Shown piece after piece: positions 43,368 to 55,500 of a stretch of DNA of 64,000 nucleotides. The notes under the pieces were generated by a model. That model saw nothing but the letters and a program-made list of their open reading frames with translations, was not told the origin of the DNA and searched no databases. Position 1 is the first letter of the stretch, and every line of letters begins with the position of its first letter. The stretch comes from Octopus sinensis (Eukaryota), in assembly GCF_006345805.1 (NCBI RefSeq), contig NC_043003.1:101618001-101682000 (forward strand). Direction: 5' to 3'. The position numbers were made by a program, and so were the translations under genes.

Positions 43368-43529
43368 GACATATACACACACATACTATGTGTATATGCA
43401 TTTTATTCTCATTAACCAAAGCATTCTCTAAGCTAAATGATTTTCTGTCTGCTGTTGAAAATGTTTGGCTGATTAACTTGATAATGTTCAAAAGCTTATC
43501 TCTCTCTCTCTCTTACTCGCTCTCTCTTT

Positions 43530-43565
<36 letters not shown>

Positions 43566-46500
43566 AAACTTCATAAAATCTTGCATTCAAATGTTCATGT
43601 TGTTGAACTGCATTGTGTATGGAAATTAATGATTGAATTCGTAGAAGATTGTCAACTAACATCTCTCACAGAATATCTCAGCAAAATACTCTCTTGAAGC
43701 TTCAGATGTTTGATTTTAAAATTCTTTGAGATTAACCTCTCTGCCTGTCTGTTTCTCTGTTTCTCTCTCTCTCTCTCCCTCCCTCTCTCTGTATGTACGT
43801 ATGTATATATATATCTTCATTTAACTCTTCTCTGGCTTGACTTCAACATCAGTCACTTTGTCTTTTTTATTATCTTCACTTTAAAAGCAAGAATGCCAAT
43901 GATTTGCTTGTTCTTTAACAACTCTCCAGATTGCAGCAGAACAAAATGTCTTCCTTGGATTACTCTTGCTTAGTAACCTCTATTATGTTATGTCACATGA
44001 TAATAATTGTTATGGTGTATATGTCATAATGGTAAAACTAGTATAACAAACATTACTGTTGTGATATTTAACAATATTGATATCCATAATTAGATCTACT
44101 TTAATAATACCTATTGGAATGATATAGGCTGTAATTATACTCTTTACTGCTATTGAACGTTACTTGTTGAAATACTGTCTACTGTAATGGTATCCAACAT
44201 TGCTGTCTTACAATAGTATGGATTTGATTAATACACCTAGCTTAAAGAAAATAGTAGTAAGTAGGCCCAAGGCGTAAACCTAGAAAAGGGCAAGCTACTC
44301 GTGAAGAAGTAACTCCGCAAGCCCACCAAATAGTCAATGCAATACAGAAACTGTTGACATAGGTGGTGTCAGATGATATATAAAACCATATACTTTTCAA
44401 GCTTATCTGTCACAAGTAGATATGGAGAAAATTTTGCAAAAACTTTTATAGGTGCAAGCTTTGCAGCCACATGCTTTTTGAGCTCATTCCCATGGCACTG
44501 CACTTTGGTGTCTTCTTGTCTTCTATTATAGCCTTGGGCTAACCAATGTATTTTGAGTGAATTTGTAGACGAATAGGAACTGTGTGGAAGCCCATCATAT
44601 ATATATGTGTTTGTTTGCCCTCTCCTCCACCTCTTAACAGCTGATGCTGGTTTGTTTATGTCCCTGTAACTCAACAGTTTAATAAAAAATAAACTGATAA
44701 AGTACCATGCTCAAAAGCTAAGTACTTGGGTCAGTTTATTCAACTAAACCTTTCAAGGTAGTACCCCAGCTTGGCTGCAGTCCAGTGACTAAAACAAGTA
44801 AAAACTAAAATATGTATACATAGCTCTTGAGTAAACTAGTTAAAGCTCCACCACATTCTTAATGTGATCAGAGACAGCTGTCTTCTTATAGGAAACAATA
44901 ATTTACTATGATTTACATTAAAGGTTTTGTTGTGAATTCTGCGCATTAAAAATATATGTACGCACGTGTATGTACACACACACGCACACATATATTTCAT
45001 TGTGTTGAATGTATCATTCTATAATGTATAGTGTTGAATGTGTGTTCCAGGCTGATTACTCTATGGAAAGTCATGCCCGTGACCTGGAGAATTATGTCAA
45101 TGTAGCTCGCAACAGAAGACGGAGAGCAAAGGCCTTGTTAGATTTTGAACGACATGATGATGATGAACTAGGCTTTCGGAAGAATGATATCATAACAGTG
45201 AGTATATCTTTTCCAGTGTTGACTCAGAACCTGTAGTGTGTGGTGATAATTTATCATTGTTTGTAACTCCAGTTTATTATTTCATTATCATCATTTAACA
45301 TTCATGTTCAGTATTGGCATGGGTTGAATGGTTTGACAGGATATGATGGGCCCAAGGTCTGTATTGTATTCCACTGTCTGTTTTGGCATGGTTTTTATGG
45401 CTGGATACCTTTCCTAACACTGACCACTTTACAGCTTGTACTGGGTGCTTTTTTTCATGTCTCCAGTGCTAGTGAGGCCACCATGCAGCTTGCAAGACTA
45501 CAAACCCTGAGAGAGTCAGCTTTCTACCAGGAGATGTGAGGCTAAAGTATGAGAAAAGGGGGCCAAAGCAGAACAGGTTTCTTGTTGTAGAGGGACTGCA
45601 TGGCTGCTCACATTTTAGAAGAGAGGGTGGGGGTTGATCAAGGAAGAGATAAAACAATGGTGATGAGGTGTTTTTATGGACCATCAAAATACAAGGCGAA
45701 TACAAGTGGAGGTAGGCTCATGGGGTGGAGGAATATAAAGTGTGGGTGGAGAGGACATTATTGAGATTATGGAATGTATATCAGGTGAAATGGTTCCAGG
45801 TAGTGAGAAAGATTAGTGATATCAAAGAAAAGCTGCAGTTAGAAAGATGGAAGATTCTGGGGGTGTCTTGAGGGGGAAATTAGGCAAAGGACCCAGTAGT
45901 GTGTATGTGTACATACACACACACAGAGCATTCCCAGAACTTAGTTGGCACATCTCCATCTTCTCCATGAGGTTCAAAGTCCTGAGTTCAAGCCTTATTA
46001 CTTCATATTATGGTCTCCTGCACACATCTTCCACATTTAGTGATTGGCACTTCTTTGTACAGATGTCCTCATCCATACACATCACATGCCCTTACCAGCA
46101 CTGTCTTCTTTTTTGTACACTACACTTGATTCTTCTTATGCCTACTTTTTCACTCAACTCATGGCATTCATTTATGCAATGATAAAAAAATATTAGTAAA
46201 TATCAAATTGGTATCTCATATTTTCATTCATCTCATTGAACATTAAAGATTTCAACAGTGGTAGCTATTTCCTGAAGTCTTTCCATTCACCTCTAATCTT
46301 ATTCTGTTGCTACCACTAGCTCTATTATCAGTTGTAGTTACCACTAGCTCTGTCATCATCAGTAACCTTGAACATATATGGATTACTCACTTCTGTGAGT
46401 GACTAATCTATTATTAGGCGTTGAATAAAGAGTACATCTAAGGGACTATCCAGAGGACATGGAGACTGTGTATGGCAAGCATGGACAATGAAAATAGAGG

Positions 46501-49500
46501 AGGACTTGTGGTCGGAGCCTTCCATATCACCTATTGTTTACAGAAGACTGCACTGCCACATGTTCTTAAACTTGCTTAGATAACATTCTGCAACACAAAA
46601 ATGTTATGTGTATGGTAGAGGGGTATATGTGTTAGGTAAGAAATTCCTTTGTTTTGAAGAAATAGTAGAGAGTAGACAGAGTAGAAGTATACATTTCTAC
46701 CAGGAAAACTTAGGATGAAGACACTTAGATCATTATTTATGGTTGACAGACCTCACATGAGGTATGACTGGTAGAGAAAGACTGGAGATATTATTTAGTT
46801 CAGCCTCTGTCTTGAAATAATTGGTTTGAACCCAATATTAAATATGACATTTGATATTTATTTAGATGTGGAAGTTGATTATGATAACACCATTCATATC
46901 TTTTTATCTGAAAGAATTATAATGCAGATAATGTAACTGACTGTACTTTTCATCATCATCATCATTTAATGTCCGTTGTCCATGCTGGCATGGGTTGGAT
47001 GGTTTGACTAGGGTTAGGGTTAGGGCTGGCAAGCTGGATGGCTGCACTAGTTTCCAGTCTGATTTGGCATAGTTTCTACGGCTGGATGCCCTTCCTAATG
47101 CCAACCACCCTGAGAGTGTAATGGGTACTTTTACATGCCACCAGCATAGGTACCATTTGTGTGACACTGACATCTGCCACGACTGCAATTTTGCTTGGCT
47201 TGATGGGTCATCTTCTCAAGCACAACCTAATGCCACAGATCTCAGTCATTGCCTCCATGAGGCCCAACACTTGAAAGGAACTCAGCCACTTTGCCTCCAT
47301 GGGGGCCAACACCCAATAGGAACTTGTCTCCATGAAGCCCAACACTCGAAAGGAGCTCAGCTACTTTGCCTCACAGAGGCCCAATGCTTGAAAGATGCTC
47401 TTTATGTGCCTCTGGCACGTTTACCAATCACATGACACCAGCATCAGTCATGACTACAATTTCACTCAGCTTGACCGGTTTTCTCAAGCACAGTATATTG
47501 CCAAAGGTCTCAGTCACTGGTCATTGCCTCTGTGAGGCTCAAAGTTCGAAGATCATGCTTCACCATCTCGTCCCATGTCTTCCCGAGTCTACCTCTACAA
47601 CAGGTTCCCTCCATAGTTAGATATTGGCAATTCTTTACACAGCTGTCTTCATCCATACATATCACATGACCATACCAGCACAGTCATCTCTCTTGCACAC
47701 CACATCTGATTCCTCTTATACCTAATTTTTCTCTCAAGATGCTTGGCTGTCACAGCCCATGTACACACACATCATCATACAATCTGCCTTTAACTCTGTG
47801 AGATAGACCCCTTGTTGCCAGCAGAGGTATGAGCTCTCTGAACTTTGCCCAACCTAATCTTATTCTCACAGCTACACTCTCAGGGCATCCAACTCCACTA
47901 CTAACTTGGTCACCTACATAATGAAAGCTATCCTACATAACGGAAGCATACCTCTAGCTTGCCCCCTGGAGTCTGTTTTCTGCATATTTTCAGTGTTTAT
48001 TGTACCTGTGCATCTTCCACATACAAAAGCCATTTTCCCTGTTAGCTTTCCTCTGATATTGCTGCACCTTTTATGTGTCCAAAGCTCACACTGGGTGCAT
48101 CTTATGGAGTTTCTACCTATGCCTTTTCTACAGATCGAGCAGGGCCATCTACCTGAAGGGATTTGTGATTTGTCTGCCTTCCTATTTACTAAGACTTTGG
48201 TTTTTGCTAGGTTAACTCTAAGGCCCTTCGATTCTAGACCTTGTTTTCTTACCTGGAACTTCTCTAGATCTAGTAGTGATTCAGCTAATAAGAGCAAGGT
48301 CATTAGCATAGAGGAGTTCTCAGGGGCACCCTGTCTTAAATTCCTCTTTTATTGCCTGGAGGATTGTGATGAACAGGTGGGGCCTGAGGACCAATCTTTG
48401 GGGAACCCCTACTTGTACCCCGAAGTCTTTGCTGTAGTCATTGCCCACCTTCACCTTACTAATAGCATCCTTGTACAAGTCTTGTACAACTCTCACCAAC
48501 CACTTGTCTATCCCTAGTTTCCATATTGACCACCAGGGGTCCCTGTCAAAGGCTTTTTCCAAGTCAACAAAAGCTGAATACAGAGGTTTATCTTTGGCTA
48601 GGTATGAGGTCTGATCAATAAGGATCCGGAGTGTTGCCATAATAACAAAGCTAGAGCATGCAGAGTGAAGCTGTTTGGCAAAGATTGACCTTGAACACTG
48701 CTGTGGACACGCACTAAGTTTTAATATTCCAGCTCACTTATGCTGTTTACAGCAGTGTTTGGAAGGAATGTGTGTAGCATGTGATCGTTGCATTGACTAT
48801 GCCAGAGCAAGTTGTCATGGCAACACCTGCTCAGAGGCCTACACAAGGTTGCAGAAAATGTATGGAGAAGAGTATATGAGACACACACAAGTGTATGAGT
48901 GGCTCAGACGTTTCCAAGATGGCTGAAAAAATGTCAATAGTGATGAACGTTCTGGGAGACCCACAACCAGCAGAACTGAGAAAAACATCGCAGGTGTGCA
49001 TGCAACTGTGAGAGGAAATCATCAAATTACCATCTGTGAGTTATCAGAGGATGTGCAGATTAGTTACAGTTCAGTTCAGTTCATTATCACTGAAGATTTC
49101 AATATGAGACCCATGTCCGCCAAGTTTGTGCCAAAACTGCTTTCGGCTGACCAAAAAGACACCCGGGTTTCAGTTGCACATGAATTCCTTGATTGTGTTA
49201 AGAACAATGAAAACTTTTTGAAATATTTGCGTAGGCCTCTGAGCAGGTATTGCCAAGCTTTTGGCAAAATTTGATGCAGATTCTCTGCTCAACTTTCTCT
49301 GTCATGGTCAATGCGATGATCACATGCTACACACCTTCCTTTCGAGCACCCCTGTAAAGAGTGGAAGTGAGCTAGAATGTTAAAACTTAGTGTGCGTGCA
49401 CAGCAGAGTTCAAGGTCAATCTGTGCCAAGCAGCTTTGCTCCAAGTGCTTTAGCTATGTTACTAAGACAATAGTCCAGATACTTATTGTTCGGACCATGT

Positions 49501-52500
49501 ATTTCTCCTGCAGTTGCCTTACCAGAAATATAGCATCAGTGGCACAAAACCAAACTGCATCTCATCTAGGCAAACTCTCTCCCTAATTAGCTGGGCTATG
49601 ACTCTCTCTGTAACTTTTATCATCTGATCCAACAATTTGATACCTTTAATTATTTCATAAATATATATAAATTATCAAATATTCTACCTGTTTCATGTTG
49701 AAATTGACCAAATCCTGCCTTTCACACCCACCCTTCAATATCATTCTAAAAATAGTTAATCACATTATTCTGTAAAATAAATCACTGATGTCATGATGTT
49801 TGCTTTATATTAGATAATATCTCAAAAAGATGAACATTGCTGGGTTGGTGAATTAAATGGATTACGTGGTTGGTTCCCGGCAAAGTTTGTAGAATTGTTA
49901 GATGAACGGAGCAAGAACTATTCATCTGCTGGAGATGACAGTGTGACTGAAGCTATCACAGACATTGTGCGTGGCACGTAAGTAATATTCTACTCTAATC
50001 TCTCTATTTTCTTTTCCAACTTCACTTCAATTAGCATATATAATCACTAGGACTTCAATGGTTGTCCTTGCTGAATAGAATGACTGTAATTAAAGTAAAA
50101 AATATTTGGAATATGTTAATTTGCTGTGGGAAAAAAAACTGACATTTGAGATAGATCCCTTCATTGGGGAAAGAAAATATGGCTCGTCATTTTCTAATAC
50201 AGGAACTGAAGTATCTCTTTTCCTTAAAAATACCTCTTTGTTTCTGGTATTTGAAGTTAGCCATTGAGATTTCTAACTGGTTTTTCTTAGAAAGTTAGGG
50301 CTACAGATACATCAGATATTGTTCTTGCCATTGAAACATTAAGAATTAGTAAGAATTGCATTACCAGTGCATGATTTTTAATATTTGGCTATAAGCAGTG
50401 GAATGGTAGAACTGGTAGAATGTAGAACACTAGATTAAGGTTATACAATAAGGTATTTGTCTTCTGAGTTCGTCATATTGAAGTTTATGTTGTCAACTAA
50501 TGGAGCTAAAAGCAGTAAAAGAAGTGAAATTAATTCAAACGACTCTTCATCTATGTCCCTGTGGTAAGTGAATATCTAATCACAACAAAGATGTCTGTGC
50601 TTGTTCTTGATATGTTCTGGCAAATTCAAATGTAAATATGTTAGTTGCTGTTGTATTTCATCTTCAGATAAAGCTCTCTTTTCAGATGAAAAGACAACAG
50701 TGATTATTTGAATTTGCCAGAATATATTATGAATACATGTCATTTTCATTGTTCACTGTTCACATGATGATCTATTATCAATTAGCAGACATCAGCATGC
50801 ATCGTCAGATGATTTGTTTGCTGAAAAAAGAAGAGTCAAAACTTTTGTTAGATTCATTGGTCTGGGGTAGCTTTGACAAAACAAGGTCAAAGCACAGCAA
50901 TATTTCAAAATCCCCTGACCTCAGAGTGTTACAAAAATACTTTCATCTGGAAGAAATTGTTCTCAAACGGCAGAATACAACAGTAATTAGCATATGCTAG
51001 TTTGACTCTGCCAGAACATATTAAGAAGAAATATGTGTGTCATTGTTTTGATTTTCACTGTTCTCCATGCACCTAATAGTTTATTATTGAATATTTAGTC
51101 ATTACAAGAAAACAATTGGATGGAAGCACTCCGTCGGTTACGACGATGAGGGTTCCGGTTGATCCGAATAAACGGAACAGCCTGCTCGTGAAATTAACAT
51201 GTAAGTGGCTGAGCACTCCACAGACACGTGTACCCTTAACGTAGTTCTCGGGGATATTCAGCGTGATACAGAGAGTGACAAGGCCGGCCCTTTGAAATAC
51301 AGGTACAACAGAAACAGGAAGAAAGAGTGAGAGAAAGTTGTGGTGAAAGAGTACAGCAGGGATCACCACCATCTCCTGCCGGAGCCTCGTGGAGCTTTAG
51401 GTGTTTTCGCTCAATAAACACTCACAACGCCTGGTCTGGGAATCGAAACTGCAATCCTATGACCGCGAGTCCGCTGCCCTAATCACTGGGCCATTGCGCC
51501 TCCACAAGAAAACAATTACACTAAGGCAGTGAATAACATAAAAGGAATCCATAATTTATGGGTTCAAACTCTTCTACAGGCATTGTAATTCTACAACGTT
51601 TCTACATCTTAATCATTCATATCAACTACTAAACTGGAGGAAATGTATATATAATAAATAAACATTTTAAAATTTAAACATACACATGTATAAACACAGA
51701 GTAATATATGCAAATGTGTTTGCATACGCACACAAATTTAATATTTGTGACTCAATATTTCTTGTTTCCACAGGTTATGTCCTGCTCTAAAAGCAGTATT
51801 TGAACATGGTTTGAAGCGCTCATCAATCCTAGGAGGAAGTTGTCATCCTTGGTTATTTATTGAAGAGGTAAATTAATTGCAGCAGAATTTGCTATCTGAT
51901 TGTTGTTTAACTCTTGGTCAGCGTTGATTGAGCAGACCTATGATCAAAGGTATTTCAGCTGTGATCATCCTGTCTCTTTCCCAAGCACATTCTACTGTGT
52001 ATCTAGAATGTGTCCCTTTCCAAAACAGTAGTGTGTAATTTGAGAGAGGTTTGGTCGATAGTTCCAGCTGCTCATGTGATCCCATAGAAGCTCACTCATT
52101 GGATCCACACCAGCCTGTTCTCTCTCTCTCTCTCTCTGAATATGTTAATATGGCCTTAATGTTGTTTCATCATTACTGTTATATGTATTATTCTGGTACT
52201 AGTATAGTATGAATTGAGTTAGGCTGGAACTGATGGGTACAAGAGAGATGGCTGTACTGGTTTGGACCAGTACTGTGAATGGATAACCCATAACTAAGTG
52301 AAGCAGTAATGAGAACTGACCATGAAGAGTACTTGAAAATTAAGGTAGACTGAGAAGTGCAGTCTGATTTGAGAATGTAAGATCTTGTAGATAAGATGTT
52401 ACAATATGCAGAAGAGTGATAGATTTTTGTGTACTGTAGATTTTTCTAGTCCATGGATTACAGCAAAATGTGTGTGCATGCATGAGTGAGTGTGTGTGTG

Positions 52501-55500
52501 TAGTGTAGTGTAGTATATACAATGCTGGTGTATACAAATGTGGAACAGCACAAGCTGTAATATTTTGTCTCAGAGAAACTTCCCAAAGAGACTTTTGGGT
52601 TATCGTTTGCTTTGCTTGTGTTTCTCATTGAATTTCTATATATAACAATTGCAATAAGGTACTTTGGTGCAGCTGTGTATTCTTGATGAACTTTGTCCAC
52701 AGATTCAGTAGTACTGTGTTGGAATTAACTGCTTCACTTAAATCATTAATGTTCTAGAGAAAGGCATGAATGTGATGAATCCTCATCTGCCAGAACTCAA
52801 AGACTTGCGGCCTGTTTTGTAAAAACATGTTTTTCCAAGTCAGATGTTACCCTATTTTTAACTAGTCTTTAATATTGTCTTTTTTCAGGCTGCTACAAGG
52901 GAAGTAGAGAAAGATTTCCAGTCTGTGTATTCAAGGCTTGTATTATGTAAAACATATCGGTAAGTTCAGCACACACACATACACATGTATACTTTATTTT
53001 ACTTTTAAAATCAGCAACAGTAATACAAAGGTTACCCACAGCTAAAAGTATTATAATATTTTTACTCTTCTTACCAACCCATAGTTATGACAATCACAAG
53101 TCATTCGAGACTGGTGAAATTGATGTGGTTGAAGTTCAGCTGCATTGTCTTCGGTTTGTCAACTACAAGATGAAACATGATCTGGAGAGGAATTCCATAG
53201 TATTGTGAGAGAGAAGGATTGGAAAAAAAAAGTTGCATTGTGAACCAGAGGATGAGATGAGATGAAGAATGAGTCTTTGCCAATCAGCCATCATGTTTTG
53301 GAAGATGTACTTGAAGATGATGGCTCTCAAATTGACAAAAATAAGTCCTGTCTCACCTCCCAAAAATCATCATCGTCTGAGTTGTAGTGCACCTGAGCAC
53401 TATACACAATAATTTCATTATCATCATCATCATCATCATTTAATGTCTGCTTTCTATGCTGGCATGGGTTGGACGGTTTGACAGGAGGTGGCAAGCCAGA
53501 GAGCTGCACCAGGCTCCAATTGTCTGTTTTGGCATGGTTTCTATGGTTGGATGCCATTCCTAATGACAACCACTTTACAGAGTGTACTAGATATTTTTTA
53601 TATGGCATCAGCATGAGAGCTTTTTACATGGCACCAGCATGGGTGCTTTCTATGTGGTGCCAGCATGGGTATTTTTTTCGTGCTTTTTATATGGCACCAG
53701 CATAGGTGCTTTATATGTGACACCAGCATGGGTGCATTTTATGTGACACCAACACAATTGCTTTATATGTGGTCCCAGCATGGGTGTTTTTTATGTGGAA
53801 CCAGCACCCACAAGGTCACCAAATAGCTTACAAGACAAGGATCTCTCAGTGGAGCCAAGAGAAGTGGTTGTGTGCCAGGTGAAAGGCTGAAATATGACAG
53901 AGGGACTGGCACAGATGTTTTACTACAAAGATGATACCTTGTCCTACATCGGTAGGTCAAGGAAGGAGAGGCTGGGAGAGAGTATTAGTTGATAAGGAAG
54001 AGATACCCAAAGTGTTGGAAAATATGATTACTTAGAGCTGTTTTCTTCATTATGTTTGAAGTGGTTAGTGAATGTATAGGATGTAACAGGAGAGGAACAA
54101 TTTGGGTGTATCCTGACTGAGCAGATATATGTCATTCAAAGACATTCCAACCAGGACCACCTGCCCTTCAAGATTTGCATATTCAAGACTTCATTATCTC
54201 ATATGTTTCTTTCTTCTAAGATGTTGGAATGTAAGAAATTAGTAGCCACCAAAGACCATTGGTCCATATTTATTGTTATTTAGTTCCAAGTCAGTTTTGA
54301 TTATCAAAATTCCACCCATGACCATCCAGTCTTCTTTTATATCTAGAACTGGCTGTGTAAATAAGAAGCTTATCTCCCAACCATATGGTTTTGGGCTTAT
54401 TCTCATGGCACAGCATTTTGGGCAAATGTCTTCTATAGCCTTAAGCCAACTAAGGCCTTAAGAATGGATATGGGTGACAAAACCGAAAAGAAGCCTGTTA
54501 TGCATGTGTTTGTGTGTACCGTTTTCTTGAAATCGCATAACGATTATAAACATACAGCATCATCATACAAGCAATGTCATTCATTCCTAGTCTTCCATGA
54601 AAAATCCTGTCTGGCCATTGAGAAATATTACCTTGCTTGAAAACTGGTGAGTGTTGATGACAGGAAGGGCATCCAGCTCTTGAAAATTTGCCTCTACAAA
54701 TTCCATCTGACCCATGCAAGCATGGAAAGTGGATGTTAAACAATGATGATGATGAGTACATTGGTCAATCTGTTGTTTCTTTAAGATTGTGATTTAAGGG
54801 AGATTTTCTGGCTATTTCCAGCAAGTTGAATGATCTCATTGAAGCTCCTTTGTTAACTCAATATATATAACGAAAATGATTGTATTTATATGGACATTTG
54901 GGATAGGACAGGGGACACATCTAAGATTGTTGAACCATACGGATCATATGTCACAAGATAAAGAAGTCTGTCTGATCAGAATTATTCAAGGACTAAACAG
55001 TAAATTGAAATAAGATAACATATTCTATATCAAGATATAATTTTATTTTTGTGCAGTTTAAAATTTGTCTTTATATTGGCTGTACTATAAAGTTAGATTT
55101 AGTTAAGGGAGAGGATAGGGGTTACTGTCTTCCCTGACACTGTCACTGCCCCACTGGGCACCAGAAAGGTCTTGCAGATGCATGATTGTGTGTTTTCAAA
55201 TGTGCTTGCAAGGAGAGGAAGTGCTGATGAGAAAGAAGTGGTCAAATGTCAGATAGTAGGATGCTGGTCTCAGGATGGTGATAGCATAGGAATGAGGTAT
55301 ATTCCAAATATTTGCCATACTGAATACCTACCTATTCTGCCTATTGCTAGCATTGGGAAATTTGCATAAAAATGATAATAATGGTAGGTTGTGAATGCTG
55401 ATAATAATGGTAGGTTGTGAATGCTGATTTAAAAATTTATTTTCTTATATTTTTTTCTATTGTACTTGTTTTTAAACTATTGCATTAACTCTGTTTTACA

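Noticed and set aside
45030-45050. Alternative acceptor at 45032 giving (S)VECVFQ, resembling human SVE
   Set aside because: Needs a phase-2 upstream donor, but the 16378 donor is phase 0; probably coincidence.
51430-51503. tRNA gene
   Set aside because: A and B boxes are present, but it is the head of a SINE with a 14-bp target-site duplication and no convincing cloverleaf; the same applies to 1-131.
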